64,000 bases of DNA, from contig QCDI01000006.1 of the NCBI GenBank assembly GCA_003280965.1, positions 32,001 through 96,000 of the forward strand. The letters are read 5' to 3'. Under the pieces are notes generated by a model, which saw only the letters and a list, made by a program, of their open reading frames with translations, searched no databases and was not told the origin of the DNA. The DNA is from Prochlorococcus sp. AG-355-B18 (lineage in GTDB: Bacteria > Cyanobacteriota > Cyanobacteriia > PCC-6307 > Cyanobiaceae). Shown in pieces: positions 22,605 to 33,762 of the stretch; the first letter of the stretch is position 1, and each line of letters begins with the position of its first letter. The position numbers and the translations under genes are program-made.

Positions 22605-24122
22605 TTGGCGAAGATATACAAGAGTAATTATTTTGTTGTGACTAATTTACAAGATAAAAAAATTAATAAAACTAAAAGTTTTAATAAAGAAGATTGGTCA
22701 AGTGCGTATCAAAATGTAGAAAAGGAGCTTACTAAAGAGCCTCTAAAAATTAGCAAAGGTAACAATATTGAAAATTTAAATGGAACATTATTAAGAAATG
22801 GACCGGGAATATTAGAAAGAGGTGGACAATGGGTTCATCATCCATTTGACGGTGATGGAATGATCACATCCATAAAGTTCAAAAATGGTCAGCCGTTCTT
22901 AACAAATAGATTTGTTAAAACTAAAGGCTATTTGGAAGAAGAAAAAATAAATAAATTTATTTATAGAGGTGTTTTCGGGACACAAAAAAATGGAGGAATT
23001 TTAAATAATGCATTGGATCTAAAATTCAAGAATATCGCCAATACTCATGTCGTTAAATTAGGAGATGAAATTCTCGCATTATGGGAAGCAGCCGGTCCAC
23101 ATGCAATGGATTCTGATAGTCTCGAAACTATTGGTTTAACAACATTAAAAGGTGTCCTCAAGCCTAACGAAGCATTCAGTGCCCATCCTAAAAAAGACCT
23201 AAACTCAAATGCATCTTCAGAACTTTTAGTCACTTTTGGAGTACAAACCGGACCAAAAAGCACTATTAGATTAATGGAATTTAATAATGCAGGTAAAAAT
23301 TCTGGAGAGCTCATTTTCGACAGAAAAGATACCTTTAATGGCTTTGCATTCCTTCATGATTTCGCAATTACAACTAATTGGGCAATATTCTTACAGAATG
23401 CTATTGATTTCAATCCTCTTCCATTTGTTATGGGTCAAAGAGGAGCAGCACAATGTCTAAAGTCAAATCCAAATAAAAAGGCAAAGTTTTTTATCATCCC
23501 CAGAGAAAGTGGATTATTTAGAGGTCAACCACCGTTAACAATAGATGCTCCAGAAGGATTCGTTTTTCATCATGTAAATGCATTTGAAAAAGAATCCAAA
23601 ATCGTATTAGATAGTATTTTTTATGATGATTTCCCATCAGTTGGTCCAGACGAAAATTTTAGAGATATTGACTTTGATAAATATCCAGAAGGAAAACTGA
23701 AAAGATCAATTATCGATCTAAAGAAAAAAACTAGTGACCTTGAAACTTTAAGTGAACAATGTTGCGAATTTGCTGTTGTTAATCCTAAAAACTTAGGATT
23801 AAAAGCAAATTTTAGTTGGATGGCAAGCACATCTCAAAAGCTAGGGAACGCTCCACTTCAAGCAATAAAAAAAATCAATTTAACATCCAAGGAAGAGATT
23901 TCTTGGTCAGCAGGTCCAAGTGGATTCGTTAGTGAACCAATTATGGTTCCATCAGAAAACTCTTCAAAAGAAGATGAGGGATTTTTATTTATACTTCTAT
24001 GGAACGGAGAAAGAAGAGGAAGCGATTTAGTGATATTAGATGCAAAAGACTTAAAAGAATTAGCTGTTTATGAACTACCCATTTCAATTCCTCATGGCCT
24101 TCATGGATCTTGGGTTAATTGA
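22605..24122 (+). CDS. carotenoid oxygenase / apocarotenoid dioxygenase (RPE65 family)
   Basis: HPFDGDG, iron-binding His in SAHP, LHDF, FHHVNA, HGLHGSW; start may be GTG at 22638. Confidence 0.92.
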   Translation: MAKIYKSNYFVVTNLQDKKINKTKSFNKEDWSSAYQNVEKELTKEPLKISKGNNIENLNGTLLRNGPGILERGGQWVHHPFDGDGMITSIKFKNGQPFLTNRFVKTKGYLEEEKINKFIYRGVFGTQKNGGILNNALDLKFKNIANTHVVKLGDEILALWEAAGPHAMDSDSLETIGLTTLKGVLKPNEAFSAHPKKDLNSNASSELLVTFGVQTGPKSTIRLMEFNNAGKNSGELIFDRKDTFNGFAFLHDFAITTNWAIFLQNAIDFNPLPFVMGQRGAAQCLKSNPNKKAKFFIIPRESGLFRGQPPLTIDAPEGFVFHHVNAFEKESKIVLDSIFYDDFPSVGPDENFRDIDFDKYPEGKLKRSIIDLKKKTSDLETLSEQCCEFAVVNPKNLGLKANFSWMASTSQKLGNAPLQAIKKINLTSKEEISWSAGPSGFVSEPIMVPSENSSKEDEGFLFILLWNGERRGSDLVILDAKDLKELAVYELPISIPHGLHGSWVN

Positions 24123-24124
24123 AT

Positions 24125-24700
24125 TTAAGAAAAAATTTCAATTATATCCGGAATGATTTTTTTTAATGCTTTACCTCTATGACTACAATAGTCTTTAATA
24201 TCATTATTCATTTCTGCGAAAGTTAATCTAGTAGAACTCTCCTCAAAAATTGGGTCATACCCAAAACCACCTTTTCCTCTTGGGTTTAAAATGATATTGC
24301 CATGACATTTTGCCTCAGATTCAATAATCACTTCACCATTTGGGGAACAAACACAAATATTAGCAATAAAGAAAGCACTTCTATTTTGAACTCCATCAAG
24401 TTCTCTTAAAACTCGTTCAATTCTCTTCTGATCATTTTCTGCATATCTAGATGAGTAAATGCCAGGCTTACCACCTAGTGCTTCAATACAAATTCCTGAA
24501 TCATCTGCTATTGAAAAATTATTCGTTTTTCTCGAAACTTCACTCGCTTTTTTAATTGCATTATCTCTAAACGTCAGTCCATCCTCTTCAACTTCTAATG
24601 ATTCTGGCTGGAGTAACAATTTACAATTAACTCCCGCAAGCAATTTCTTATATTCTTCAATTTTACCTTTATTCATACTCGCTAAATATAAATTTTTCAT
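24125..24700 (-). CDS. rdgB: non-canonical purine NTP pyrophosphatase (Ham1/RdgB)
   Basis: ADDSG, PGIYSSRY, GFGYDPIF, SHRGKAL; ATG at 24700. Confidence 0.93.
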   Translation of the reverse strand: MKNLYLASMNKGKIEEYKKLLAGVNCKLLLQPESLEVEEDGLTFRDNAIKKASEVSRKTNNFSIADDSGICIEALGGKPGIYSSRYAENDQKRIERVLRELDGVQNRSAFFIANICVCSPNGEVIIESEAKCHGNIILNPRGKGGFGYDPIFEESSTRLTFAEMNNDIKDYCSHRGKALKKIIPDIIEIFS

Positions 24701-24702
24701 CC

Positions 24703-26157
24703 TTATTTTCCTGCCAAATTTATAAATTCTTGACCCCACTCTAATACCTCAATTAGATAAGATTCTTTTGGTGCTTCACAATATAACCTTAAAAGAGGTT
24801 CCGTTCCTGAAAACCTAAAAAGAAGCCAAAAATTTTTATCAATTCTCAACTTTATTCCATCGATTTTTGAGATACTTTTTAACTTATGATTATTAATATT
24901 ATCAGGAATATTATCTATAATAAATTTTTTTACGTTATTTTTTTCTGACTGATTTGGAAATTTAATATCAATTCTTTTATAAAAACTTGGCCCAAAATCT
25001 TCTTGAATTTCATCTAAGGTTTCATATAAATATTGAGATTTTTCAGCAATTCCATTTAATAAAACCATAGCTGCATATAGAGCATCTCTTTCAGGCATAA
25101 AGTCACCAAAACCAACTCCCCCAGATTCCTCTCCTCCGATAAATATTTTTTCTTTGATCATTTTTTCAGCAATATATTTAAAGCCAACTGGAAGTTCAAA
25201 AACATCCCTATTTTGACTCTCTGATATATTTTTAATAATATCTGAACCACTAACAGTCTTTAAAACTGGATAAGAATTATTTTTAATTTCGCCCAAATAG
25301 CTAATAAAGTATGGGAGTAAATCTTGAGTACTAGAGTATCTTCCTTTTTCATCAATTGCTGCAATTCTATCACCGTCACCATCAAATATTATTCCTAAAG
25401 TTTTCACTTCATTTGTTGAATTTTTCATTAGTATTTGTTTTAGATCATCTGCATAATTCAAAAGAGGTTCAGGAGGTTTACCTCCAAAAAAAGGATCAGC
25501 ATCTTTCCTGATTTCTGCAATAACTTCTAAATCACTAGAAGCAAAAATCTCAACCATACAATTTGCAGCTGAACCATGCATAGAATCTACAAAAATTCGC
25601 AATTTCATTTTTTTTAATCTCTTGGAAATATAGTCAATATCAAAAAGGGATTTAATTCTATCTAAATGAAATTTCTTAATATCTACCAATTGATTAAGAC
25701 CTTCTATTTTTTCAATAGAATTTCCAAGCATTAATCTTTTTTCAACTTCACTTGTAAAAGATTCGTCAACAGAACATCCATTAAAGCTCTTTATTTTCAG
25801 ACCTAGCCAATTATATGGATTATGACTTGCTGTAATTACTAACGCTCCAAGACAACCGACTTCTTTGGCATAGAAACTACAAGAGGGTGTTGTAACAAAG
25901 CTATCAGATAAGATCGGTTCGAAACCACATCCTCTCACAAAAGGCACTATTTGCTTGGCGAATTCACAAGCCATAAATCTGCGATCATATCCAATAATAA
26001 TTTTCTTTGAATTAACTTCTTTATAGTATTGATAATGCAACTCCTGACATGCAGCGACAACAACTCTTGAAAGATTGGACAGGTTAAAGTCAAAACCAAT
26101 AATTCCTCTCCAACCATCAGTTCCAAATTTTATTTTGTCTAATTTATCAGCTATCAA
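24703..26157 (-). CDS. phosphoglucomutase/phosphomannomutase family protein
   Basis: FGTDGWRG, TASHNP, DGDGDR, GEESGG, SGTEP. Confidence 0.93.
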   Translation of the reverse strand: MIADKLDKIKFGTDGWRGIIGFDFNLSNLSRVVVAACQELHYQYYKEVNSKKIIIGYDRRFMACEFAKQIVPFVRGCGFEPILSDSFVTTPSCSFYAKEVGCLGALVITASHNPYNWLGLKIKSFNGCSVDESFTSEVEKRLMLGNSIEKIEGLNQLVDIKKFHLDRIKSLFDIDYISKRLKKMKLRIFVDSMHGSAANCMVEIFASSDLEVIAEIRKDADPFFGGKPPEPLLNYADDLKQILMKNSTNEVKTLGIIFDGDGDRIAAIDEKGRYSSTQDLLPYFISYLGEIKNNSYPVLKTVSGSDIIKNISESQNRDVFELPVGFKYIAEKMIKEKIFIGGEESGGVGFGDFMPERDALYAAMVLLNGIAEKSQYLYETLDEIQEDFGPSFYKRIDIKFPNQSEKNNVKKFIIDNIPDNINNHKLKSISKIDGIKLRIDKNFWLLFRFSGTEPLLRLYCEAPKESYLIEVLEWGQEFINLAGK

Positions 26158-26237
26158 ATTAAAAATTTCCTTGATTTCTTTTAATTATCTATACTAATTT
26201 ATATGAGTAAATTTTAAAACCGCCCTTTAAAAATAAT

Positions 26238-27656
26238 TTGAATTCTCTTCATTTAAAAAGTTTTACAAGATGTAAAAGAAAAGCATGGCTCGATTTTAAG
26301 GGGAAAAAATCTTATGAAGTTTGGTCTCCCCATAAAGCTATAGATAAAATTAATCAGTTTCAAATTTTCTCTGAACTTTGTAATGGTGAAATATATACAG
26401 GATTAAAAGGCTGTGAAAATGGTTATCAAGGAGTAATTGGATTAAAAATCAAAAAGAATCTTTTCCAAAATATAAACGCAGAGATACGTCCACAATTACT
26501 TGTAAAGACTAAAGGTAAAAGTAAATGGGGACAATATAAATATTTACCTGCTGTTTATAAGTTAGGCCACAAAACAACAAAAGAACATTTATTCGACTTA
26601 GCTTTTTGTTCTATGATGTTTGAATCTTTTCAAGAATCTAAAATTGAGAAAGGATTAGTAATTTCAACTTTTGATAAAAAAATTAAAATTGAAGAAATTT
26701 ATTTAAATAAAAAATTAAGAAAAAAAGTCTTAAATGTTTTATTAAATTTGAATGAATGCTTGGAGGAATCTATACCAGAAATAACTCAAGATAGAAAAAA
26801 ATGTACTATTTGTTCCTGGCAAAAATTTTGTGACAACGAAGCAAAAAAAAATGGATATCTAACAGATATAGATGGAATAGGGTCCAAAACGTCCTCATTA
26901 CTCAAAGCAAAAGGAATAATTAATACCCAAATATTAGCTTCTTATAACGAAAAACAACTTGGAGAGAAATTATCTAAATTCAACGATCAAAAGTATGAAA
27001 AAGCGTCCATATTTGTAAAGCAAGCAAAAGCATATATCTCTGGAGAACCATATTTCATTTCTAATAAAAATAATACGGAAGATCTATTTGAAAAAATATG
27101 TTCGGGATTTTATATATTTGATATTGAGTCAAATCCAGATGAAAAGCATGATTTTTTATATGGATTTTTAAAAGTAAATAATTTGTCTACAAAAAAAGAA
27201 GATCTTATTTATGAACCAATCTTAAATCTTAAAAACAATAAAGGAGAATCTTACAGACAAATTATTGAAATACTTTTTTCACACAAGGAATGGCCAGTTT
27301 TACATTACGGAGAAACTGAAAAAATATCAATAATTAAAATTGCTAAAGAATTAAATTTTAGTTTTGAAGAAATTGATTCACTTACCTCAAGATTTATTGA
27401 CTTACATACCTTAATAAGAAAGTCTTGGATATTACCACTAAAAAACTATGGCTTAAAAACTGTTTCTAATTGGCTTGGATTCGAATGGGTGCAGAAAAAT
27501 GTAAGTGGCTCGAAAGCTCTTTATTGGTGGATACAATATCAAATTACAGAAAACGAAATATTTTTAAAAAAAATTATGCAATATAACAAAGATGATTGTT
27601 TTGCTACTTTAAAAATTGCGGAATATTTAATCAAAAATCAATTAAAGAAAAACTGA
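26238..27656 (+). CDS. TM0106-family RecB/Cas4-like protein with HhH and C-terminal RNase H-like domain
   Basis: CKRKAWL...CTICSWQKFC Cys set, IDGIG, FDIE, YGLKTV, YNKDDC. Confidence 0.8.
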   Translation: MNSLHLKSFTRCKRKAWLDFKGKKSYEVWSPHKAIDKINQFQIFSELCNGEIYTGLKGCENGYQGVIGLKIKKNLFQNINAEIRPQLLVKTKGKSKWGQYKYLPAVYKLGHKTTKEHLFDLAFCSMMFESFQESKIEKGLVISTFDKKIKIEEIYLNKKLRKKVLNVLLNLNECLEESIPEITQDRKKCTICSWQKFCDNEAKKNGYLTDIDGIGSKTSSLLKAKGIINTQILASYNEKQLGEKLSKFNDQKYEKASIFVKQAKAYISGEPYFISNKNNTEDLFEKICSGFYIFDIESNPDEKHDFLYGFLKVNNLSTKKEDLIYEPILNLKNNKGESYRQIIEILFSHKEWPVLHYGETEKISIIKIAKELNFSFEEIDSLTSRFIDLHTLIRKSWILPLKNYGLKTVSNWLGFEWVQKNVSGSKALYWWIQYQITENEIFLKKIMQYNKDDCFATLKIAEYLIKNQLKKN

Positions 27657-28478
27657 TCCTACAGATTTATTTATAATAATTTTTCCAAAAACTTCTGAAT
27701 AAAAATAACATCCTTCTTCTAAATATTTTCTTTTTATCATTGCTAATCCTTTAAATTGAGCATCTAATTTCAAAATACTAGTGATTTTGCCAACAGAAAT
27801 TTCTTTTGAAGAATTTATGTATAAATTATTATCTTCAACGTCTAAATTCTCATTAAATTCACATGATTTCCAAATTCTTATTTCTTGTTTTAAAGAAGAA
27901 ACATTTTTTATTTTTGACATTGTTTCTTGTCCTAAGTAACAACCTTTATTAAAATCTATAAGATCTTTTAATCCAAGTTCGAGAGGATTATTTTTTCCGT
28001 TTATTTCCATATCTAAAGAGGGTATTGCCTGATTAATCTTCCAATTTTTTAAATCATTGGAATTCAGTAAATTTAGTTTATTTTTATATATTTCAAATTC
28101 TTTATCTTCTGTTTTGAAGAAAATAGGCTGGTGAATTCTCCATGAACTAGATTCATCAATTTTCTGAATTCTATTTATCAAAAAAGGTTCACTTAAAAGT
28201 ACATCATCCGCCGGAAAAATAATTTGATTAAAGTAACCAATTATTTCATGAGTGTTACCTGTCAAAATAATTACTTCTAAGTTTCTTTCTAAAAAATTAA
28301 TTTCAATTAATGACCTTAGAACTCCATTTGGAGTTAACCAACAAGTTTTGATAACTTTATTTTCTGAATTTAGAATATTACTTGTTGTTATTCCATTCAA
28401 AAATTTCCTGGCATCTTTTCCAGTAATAGAAAAACAATCAAATTTTTCATGCCAAAACTTTTTTTTTATATCTTGCAT
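27642..28478 (-). CDS. ygfZ: folate-binding YgfZ/GcvT-like protein
   Basis: KGCYLGQE signature; GKDARKFLNG. Confidence 0.88.
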   Translation of the reverse strand: MQDIKKKFWHEKFDCFSITGKDARKFLNGITTSNILNSENKVIKTCWLTPNGVLRSLIEINFLERNLEVIILTGNTHEIIGYFNQIIFPADDVLLSEPFLINRIQKIDESSSWRIHQPIFFKTEDKEFEIYKNKLNLLNSNDLKNWKINQAIPSLDMEINGKNNPLELGLKDLIDFNKGCYLGQETMSKIKNVSSLKQEIRIWKSCEFNENLDVEDNNLYINSSKEISVGKITSILKLDAQFKGLAMIKRKYLEEGCYFYSEVFGKIIINKSVGSVFL

Positions 28479-28488
28479 TTTGAGATAA

Positions 28489-29049
28489 TTATAAGAAATC
28501 TTTTATTGTAAAAAGACTCTTTAATTTAACATTTTCATTATCAAGGGCTTCACATCCCCCTTCTTGTCTATCAACTATAGACAAAACTTCCTCAACAACA
28601 TAATTATTTTCTCGTAACTTTTTTATAGCTTTTATTACTGAACCTGCAGTTGTAACCACATCCTCTAAGACAGTTACCATAGTTCCTTCTTCTAATATAG
28701 GCCCTTCAATTCCAGCTTTGGTGCCGTATTTTTTAATTTCTTTCCGAATTATTAAACCATTAAGGTCTAGGCCTTGCGAAGCCGCTTTAACGATTAATCC
28801 ACTTACAAGAGGATCTGCACCTAGTGTCAATCCTGCTACAGCTTTTGAACTTGAGTCTTTTAACTCTAAAAATAAATCACTTATTAAGTTCAGGCCTTCG
28901 CCATTTAATGATACTGGTTTACAGTTCAAGTAATGACTACTTTTTTTACCTGAAGATAGAGTGAAGTTACCTTTCTTATATGATTTTTCAATTAAATGTT
29001 TTAACAATTTTGCTCTATTTGAATCATACTTTTCAGAAAAATTGCCCAT
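28489..29049 (-). CDS. pyrE: orotate phosphoribosyltransferase
   Basis: [25 protein letters not shown]. Confidence 0.96.
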   Translation of the reverse strand: MGNFSEKYDSNRAKLLKHLIEKSYKKGNFTLSSGKKSSHYLNCKPVSLNGEGLNLISDLFLELKDSSSKAVAGLTLGADPLVSGLIVKAASQGLDLNGLIIRKEIKKYGTKAGIEGPILEEGTMVTVLEDVVTTAGSVIKAIKKLRENNYVVEEVLSIVDRQEGGCEALDNENVKLKSLFTIKDFL

Positions 29050-29190
29050 TAGTAAAAGTTAAATTTATATTTAAAGATTAGAAGAAAAAAAAGAAATCTC
29101 ACAAAAACTTCCTAATGAGGTGTTTTTTGAAATATTATTTTTATATTGTATATTGAAATTCAATGTAATTAAAATTACAGAAACTCTCTT

Positions 29191-29263
29191 GGGGGTGTAG
29201 CAATCTGGTGAATGCACCAAACTCATAATTTGGCTAAGGCGAGTTCGATCCTCGCCACCCCCA
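29191..29263 (+). tRNA. tRNA with CAT anticodon (elongator Met or lysidine Ile2; not initiator)
   Basis: Acceptor GGGGGTG/CACCCCC, anticodon arm CCAAA-CTCATAA-TTTGG, T arm GCGAG-TTCGATC-CTCGC, discriminator A, no encoded CCA. Confidence 0.93.
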
Positions 29264-29281
29264 TAATTAATTTGTCTTTGA

Positions 29282-30550
29282 ATGAAAATAACTCTACTTT
29301 TATTTCTTTTATTTTTCCCAGCTTTTTTCGCTGCTAGTGAACTTTCTGTTTTATTAATAAGACCAAGTAAAGTTTTGAGGTTAATAGAAGAAAAAAAGAA
29401 AGGAGCATTTTCAATTTTAAAAATTCAAAAAAGATTTAGATCCTCCTTAATAGCTTCTCAATTTGGAGTGACAATTTCATTAATCTCAATTGGATGGCTG
29501 AGCAACAGCATGGCCAATGAATTCTGGGAAAAAAATATTTTGCCAAATAGATTTTTTGATCTTTTATTATTTCTATTTGTGGTAACAATTGTTACGCTTG
29601 TATCTGGTCTAATTCCTAAAGCTTTGGTAATTAATAATCCAGAATCTGCTGCATTGAGATTAACTTCGATATTTGATGCAGTCAGAAAAGGTATGCAACC
29701 TATTGTTTCAATAATCGAATTCTTTGCTAGTGCTTGTTTGGGCTTATTAAATCTAAATAATAAATGGGACTCTTTAAATTCTGGCTTATCGGCAGGTGAA
29801 TTAGAAACTCTTATAGAAACAGATAATGTTACAGGTTTAAAGCCAGATGAAAAGAATATTCTTGAAGGAGTTTTCGCTTTAAAAGATACTCAGGTTAAAG
29901 AAGTAATGATTCCAAGATCTGAGATGGTAACTTTGCCAAAGAATATAACTTTTTCAGAACTTATGAAACAAGTCGATAAAACTCGACATGCTCGATTTTT
30001 CGTCATTGGAGAGTCTTTAGATGATGTTTTAGGGGTCTTAGATTTGCGTTATTTAGCTAAACCAATATCTAAGAGCGAAATGGAAGCTAATACATTACTA
30101 GAGCCATTTCTGTTACCAGTTACAAAAATAATAGAAACATGCTCTTTAGCAGAGATATTACCAATAGTTAGAGACTATAATCCCTTCTTACTTGTGGTTG
30201 ATGAACATGGTGGAACAGAGGGTCTAATAACTGCAGCTGATTTAAATGGCGAAATCGTTGGAGAAGAAATGCTTAATAACAAAATATACTCGGATATGAA
30301 AATGTTAGATAATTTCTCTAAAAAATGGTCCCTAGCAGGAAAATCAGAAATAATAGATATCAACAAAAGGTTAGGATGTTCAATTCCAGAAGGAGCTGAT
30401 TACCATACCCTTGCTGGATTTCTTTTAGAAAAATTTCAAATGGTTCCAAAAATTGGAGATGTTTTAGGTTTTAATAACATAAAATTTGAGGTTGTTTCTA
30501 TGTCAGGTCCAAAAATTGATCGTGTAAAAATAATTCTTCCAAAAAGCTAA
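29282..30550 (+). CDS. CNNM/DUF21-CBS-CorC family membrane protein
   Basis: FFAASE, VMIPR, VVDEHGGTEGLIT, YHTLAGF. Confidence 0.9.
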   Translation: MKITLLLFLLFFPAFFAASELSVLLIRPSKVLRLIEEKKKGAFSILKIQKRFRSSLIASQFGVTISLISIGWLSNSMANEFWEKNILPNRFFDLLLFLFVVTIVTLVSGLIPKALVINNPESAALRLTSIFDAVRKGMQPIVSIIEFFASACLGLLNLNNKWDSLNSGLSAGELETLIETDNVTGLKPDEKNILEGVFALKDTQVKEVMIPRSEMVTLPKNITFSELMKQVDKTRHARFFVIGESLDDVLGVLDLRYLAKPISKSEMEANTLLEPFLLPVTKIIETCSLAEILPIVRDYNPFLLVVDEHGGTEGLITAADLNGEIVGEEMLNNKIYSDMKMLDNFSKKWSLAGKSEIIDINKRLGCSIPEGADYHTLAGFLLEKFQMVPKIGDVLGFNNIKFEVVSMSGPKIDRVKIILPKS

Positions 30551-30600
30551 ATGTGTCTTGTTATAGAGGATAATAATAATAAATATATGTAGTTAAAGTT

Positions 30601-31605
30601 ATGCAACCAACCTCATCACCAGTAAAGGTTGGAGTAATTGGTATTGGAAATATGGGCTGGCATCATGCTCGAGTGCTCAGTTTGCTAAGAGATGCTGATC
30701 TTGTTGGAGTGGCAGATCCAAATGAAGAGAGAGGCAAATTAGCTATTGAGCAATTTCAATGTGAATGGTTTAAAAATTATCAAGACTTAATTCCTAAAGT
30801 TGACGCTATCTGTATCGCTGTTCCAACACTACTTCATCAAAAAGTAGGCCTAGATTGCCTTAAAGGCGGTGCCAACGTTCTCATTGAAAAACCAATAGCC
30901 GCTAACGAGTCAGAAGCAAAATCTTTAATAGATGCAGCTAATGCAAGTAATTGTCTATTACAAGTAGGACATATTGAAAGATTTAATCCTGCTTTTAGGG
31001 AATTAAATAAAATAGTACATCATGAAGAAATTGTTGTTTTAGAAGCAAGAAGACACAGTCCTAATGCCGATAGAGCAAATGACGTATCTGTAGTCATGGA
31101 TTTGATGATTCATGACATTGATCTTGTTTTAGAACTTGTAAACTCGAAAATACAAAAATTAGCAGCTGTTGGAGGAAGAAATAACGAAGGCTTAATAGAT
31201 TATGTCAATGCTACTTTAGTTTTTAAAAATAATGTTATTGCAAGCTTAACTGCTAGCAAAATGAGTCACAAAAAAATTAGAAGTTTAAGTGCTCACTGCC
31301 AAAATGGCCTAGTAGAAACAGATTTCTTAAATCACTCACTACACATCCATCGAAAATCTCATGAATCATACACGGCAGAGCATGGCGAATTAGTTTATAG
31401 AAATGATGGATATGTCGAAGAAGTTAGTACTACTTCCATCGAGCCTCTTTATGCAGAACTGGAACATTTTCTTAAATGTGTTCAAGGTAAAGAGACCCCT
31501 GAGGTAGATGGTGAGCAAGCCTCAAGAGCCTTAAAAATTGCTGATTTTATAGAAAGTGCTGTAGAAAATTCTGGAGATGCAATTTTGCTTGAAAATCCCT
31601 TCTAA
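30601..31605 (+). CDS. Gfo/Idh/MocA family oxidoreductase
   Basis: GVIGIGNMG, EKPIA, GHIERFNP, DLMIHDID. Confidence 0.92.
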   Translation: MQPTSSPVKVGVIGIGNMGWHHARVLSLLRDADLVGVADPNEERGKLAIEQFQCEWFKNYQDLIPKVDAICIAVPTLLHQKVGLDCLKGGANVLIEKPIAANESEAKSLIDAANASNCLLQVGHIERFNPAFRELNKIVHHEEIVVLEARRHSPNADRANDVSVVMDLMIHDIDLVLELVNSKIQKLAAVGGRNNEGLIDYVNATLVFKNNVIASLTASKMSHKKIRSLSAHCQNGLVETDFLNHSLHIHRKSHESYTAEHGELVYRNDGYVEEVSTTSIEPLYAELEHFLKCVQGKETPEVDGEQASRALKIADFIESAVENSGDAILLENPF

Positions 31606-31631
31606 GAAAAATTATCTAAACGGAAAGAATT

Positions 31632-31772
31632 TTATTTAAACCCTACTGCAGCTTGCCAAACAAATACCAATAAAAAGAAAAATAAAGGGATAAGAGGAAG
31701 AACATCAACAGTTGGAGCAAAAGCCTTGTAAGCTTCAGGCAATTCAGCGAAAGTATTAAATAGAATGAGCAC
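31632..31772 (-). CDS. psbK: photosystem II protein PsbK (46 aa, GTG start; not in ORF track)
   Basis: Manual translation [46 protein letters not shown]. Confidence 0.96.
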
Positions 31773-31805
31773 CTTTTTAATAATTTAATTAATTATGATA
31801 AGACG

Positions 31806-32924
31806 TTACCACGTATGGTGAGCAATAGAGGATGTTTTCCAAGGAGCGAAATCAATTGTAAAACAATTATCTTTAATTGCATTAGAAATAGCTCTGGTAA
31901 ATCTTATTAAATGAGCAATATTATGCAAACTTATTAAGGTGAGACCTAATATTTCATCATTTCTAATTAGATGATGCAAATACGCACGCGAATAAGACTT
32001 GCAGGTTTCGCATGTACAAGTTTTGTCAATCGGAGAAAAGTCATTTTTAAATCGAGCATTCCGCAAATTTAATCTTTCATCATTAAAAAATGCAGTTCCA
32101 TGTCTTCCTAGTCTTGTAGGTAAGACACAGTCAAATATATCGAATCCTTTAGAAACAGCTAGAGAAATTTCTTTTAAAGAGCCAATTCCCATTAAATATT
32201 TTGGTTTATCTATTGGTAGGAATTTCGGGACGTAATTAATTACACTATGTATTTCTTCGACAGCCTCTCCAACACTTACCCCGCCCACGGCAATTCCAGG
32301 CAGATCAAAAGAGCTTGTAAATTTTGCGCTGTATTCTCTTAATCTCGGATACTTGCCACCTTGAACTATTCCAAATAATGCTTGATTTGATTTCTGATGC
32401 TTGTCAACACATTTTTGCAACCACGAATGAGTTCTTTGTAAAGAATCTTCAATATCATTTTCGTTGGCTGTATGCGGAGGACAATGATCAAAAGCCATCG
32501 CAACATCAGAGCCAAGATCCATTTGTACCTGCATTACTTTTTCAGGCGATAGGAATACAAAACTCCCATCTCTTGGATTTTTAAATTCCACACCTTGATC
32601 AGAAATATTATTTAATTTGGCCAAACTAAAAACTTGATATCCTCCTGAATCAGTAAGAATAGGCTTAGGCCAATTCATGAACTTATGTATTCCACCAGAT
32701 TCTTTAACTAATTTTTCTCCAGGTTGTAGATGAAGATGAAATGTATTTGAGAGAATCATTTCTGATCCTGTAGAGATTAATTGGTTAGATGAAATTCCTT
32801 TAACCGTTGCCAAAGTACCCACAGGCATAAATCTTGGGGTGTTTACCTTACCGTTTGGGGTATAAAATACACCAGTTCTTGCCTCTGTGTGACTGCAATT
32901 CGATGTAATTTCAAATTTAAACAC
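31806..32924 (-). CDS. tgt: queuine tRNA-ribosyltransferase
   Basis: [34 protein letters not shown] zinc site. Confidence 0.97.
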   Translation of the reverse strand: MFKFEITSNCSHTEARTGVFYTPNGKVNTPRFMPVGTLATVKGISSNQLISTGSEMILSNTFHLHLQPGEKLVKESGGIHKFMNWPKPILTDSGGYQVFSLAKLNNISDQGVEFKNPRDGSFVFLSPEKVMQVQMDLGSDVAMAFDHCPPHTANENDIEDSLQRTHSWLQKCVDKHQKSNQALFGIVQGGKYPRLREYSAKFTSSFDLPGIAVGGVSVGEAVEEIHSVINYVPKFLPIDKPKYLMGIGSLKEISLAVSKGFDIFDCVLPTRLGRHGTAFFNDERLNLRNARFKNDFSPIDKTCTCETCKSYSRAYLHHLIRNDEILGLTLISLHNIAHLIRFTRAISNAIKDNCFTIDFAPWKTSSIAHHTW

Positions 32925-33021
32925 GATAAATTTTAAAATTTTTGATGCTTTTTTATTAATCTAACCTATTATTTAATATCGAATCTATTTTTATCTCATC
33001 AAAAAATATTTAATTAAAAAT

Positions 33022-33762
33022 TTGGCAGGGTCTTGGATTTTCTATACGACATTTCCAAAGATACCCTTAATTAATCCAGAATTTAAAAATATTGCACAAT
33101 TTGCCCCACTTTTGGGATTTTTTATTGGAACAATACAGAGTATTATTTTTATTTTTTTAAAAACAAGTTCTTGGTCAATTTATGCATCTGCATTAATTTG
33201 TTTGGCTTCAGGATATTTAATTACCGGTGGTCTACATCTAGATGGTTTAATGGATACTTTCGATGGTATTTTTGCGGGCAAAAAGAAACGTTTAAAAGCT
33301 ATGAAAGACAGTAATGTTGGGTCCTTTGGCGTTCAATCTCTAGTTTTTATAACTTTAATTCAAATTGGTTGCATACTCAAAATTCAGAATCAAATAATTA
33401 TTGTTTTGCCAATATGCTTATTTTGGGGAAGATTTTCAAATTTATTTTTTATAGAAAAGTTTAAATATTTGAGTTATAAGAAAAAATCTATTAGTCATAA
33501 AAAGTTTTGGAATGGATTTAAAAAAGAATCTTTGATCTCCATTATTTTTCTTTGCATTTTTATTGCATACCAATTATTTTCAATTACTTCACAAGCAATA
33601 TTAATTAAATTTTTAATTCTTATTTTGATTGGTATTTTTTTAAGTTATTCTATCCCAAACATACTAGGGAATATAATTGGTGGCTTCAATGGAGATTCCT
33701 GTGGTGCGAGTATTGTATTAGTAGAAACTGCGATGTTATTCATGTATGCAATTCTTTTGTAG
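33022..33762 (+). CDS. cobS: adenosylcobinamide-GDP ribazoletransferase (cobalamin synthase)
   Basis: GGLHLDGLMDTFDG, AMKDS.VGSFG, GGFNGD. Confidence 0.93.
   Translation: MAGSWIFYTTFPKIPLINPEFKNIAQFAPLLGFFIGTIQSIIFIFLKTSSWSIYASALICLASGYLITGGLHLDGLMDTFDGIFAGKKKRLKAMKDSNVGSFGVQSLVFITLIQIGCILKIQNQIIIVLPICLFWGRFSNLFFIEKFKYLSYKKKSISHKKFWNGFKKESLISIIFLCIFIAYQLFSITSQAILIKFLILILIGIFLSYSIPNILGNIIGGFNGDSCGASIVLVETAMLFMYAILL

Noticed and set aside
26238..27656. CRISPR-Cas system suggested by the Cas4-like gene
   Set aside because: No repeat-spacer array or other cas genes in the window.
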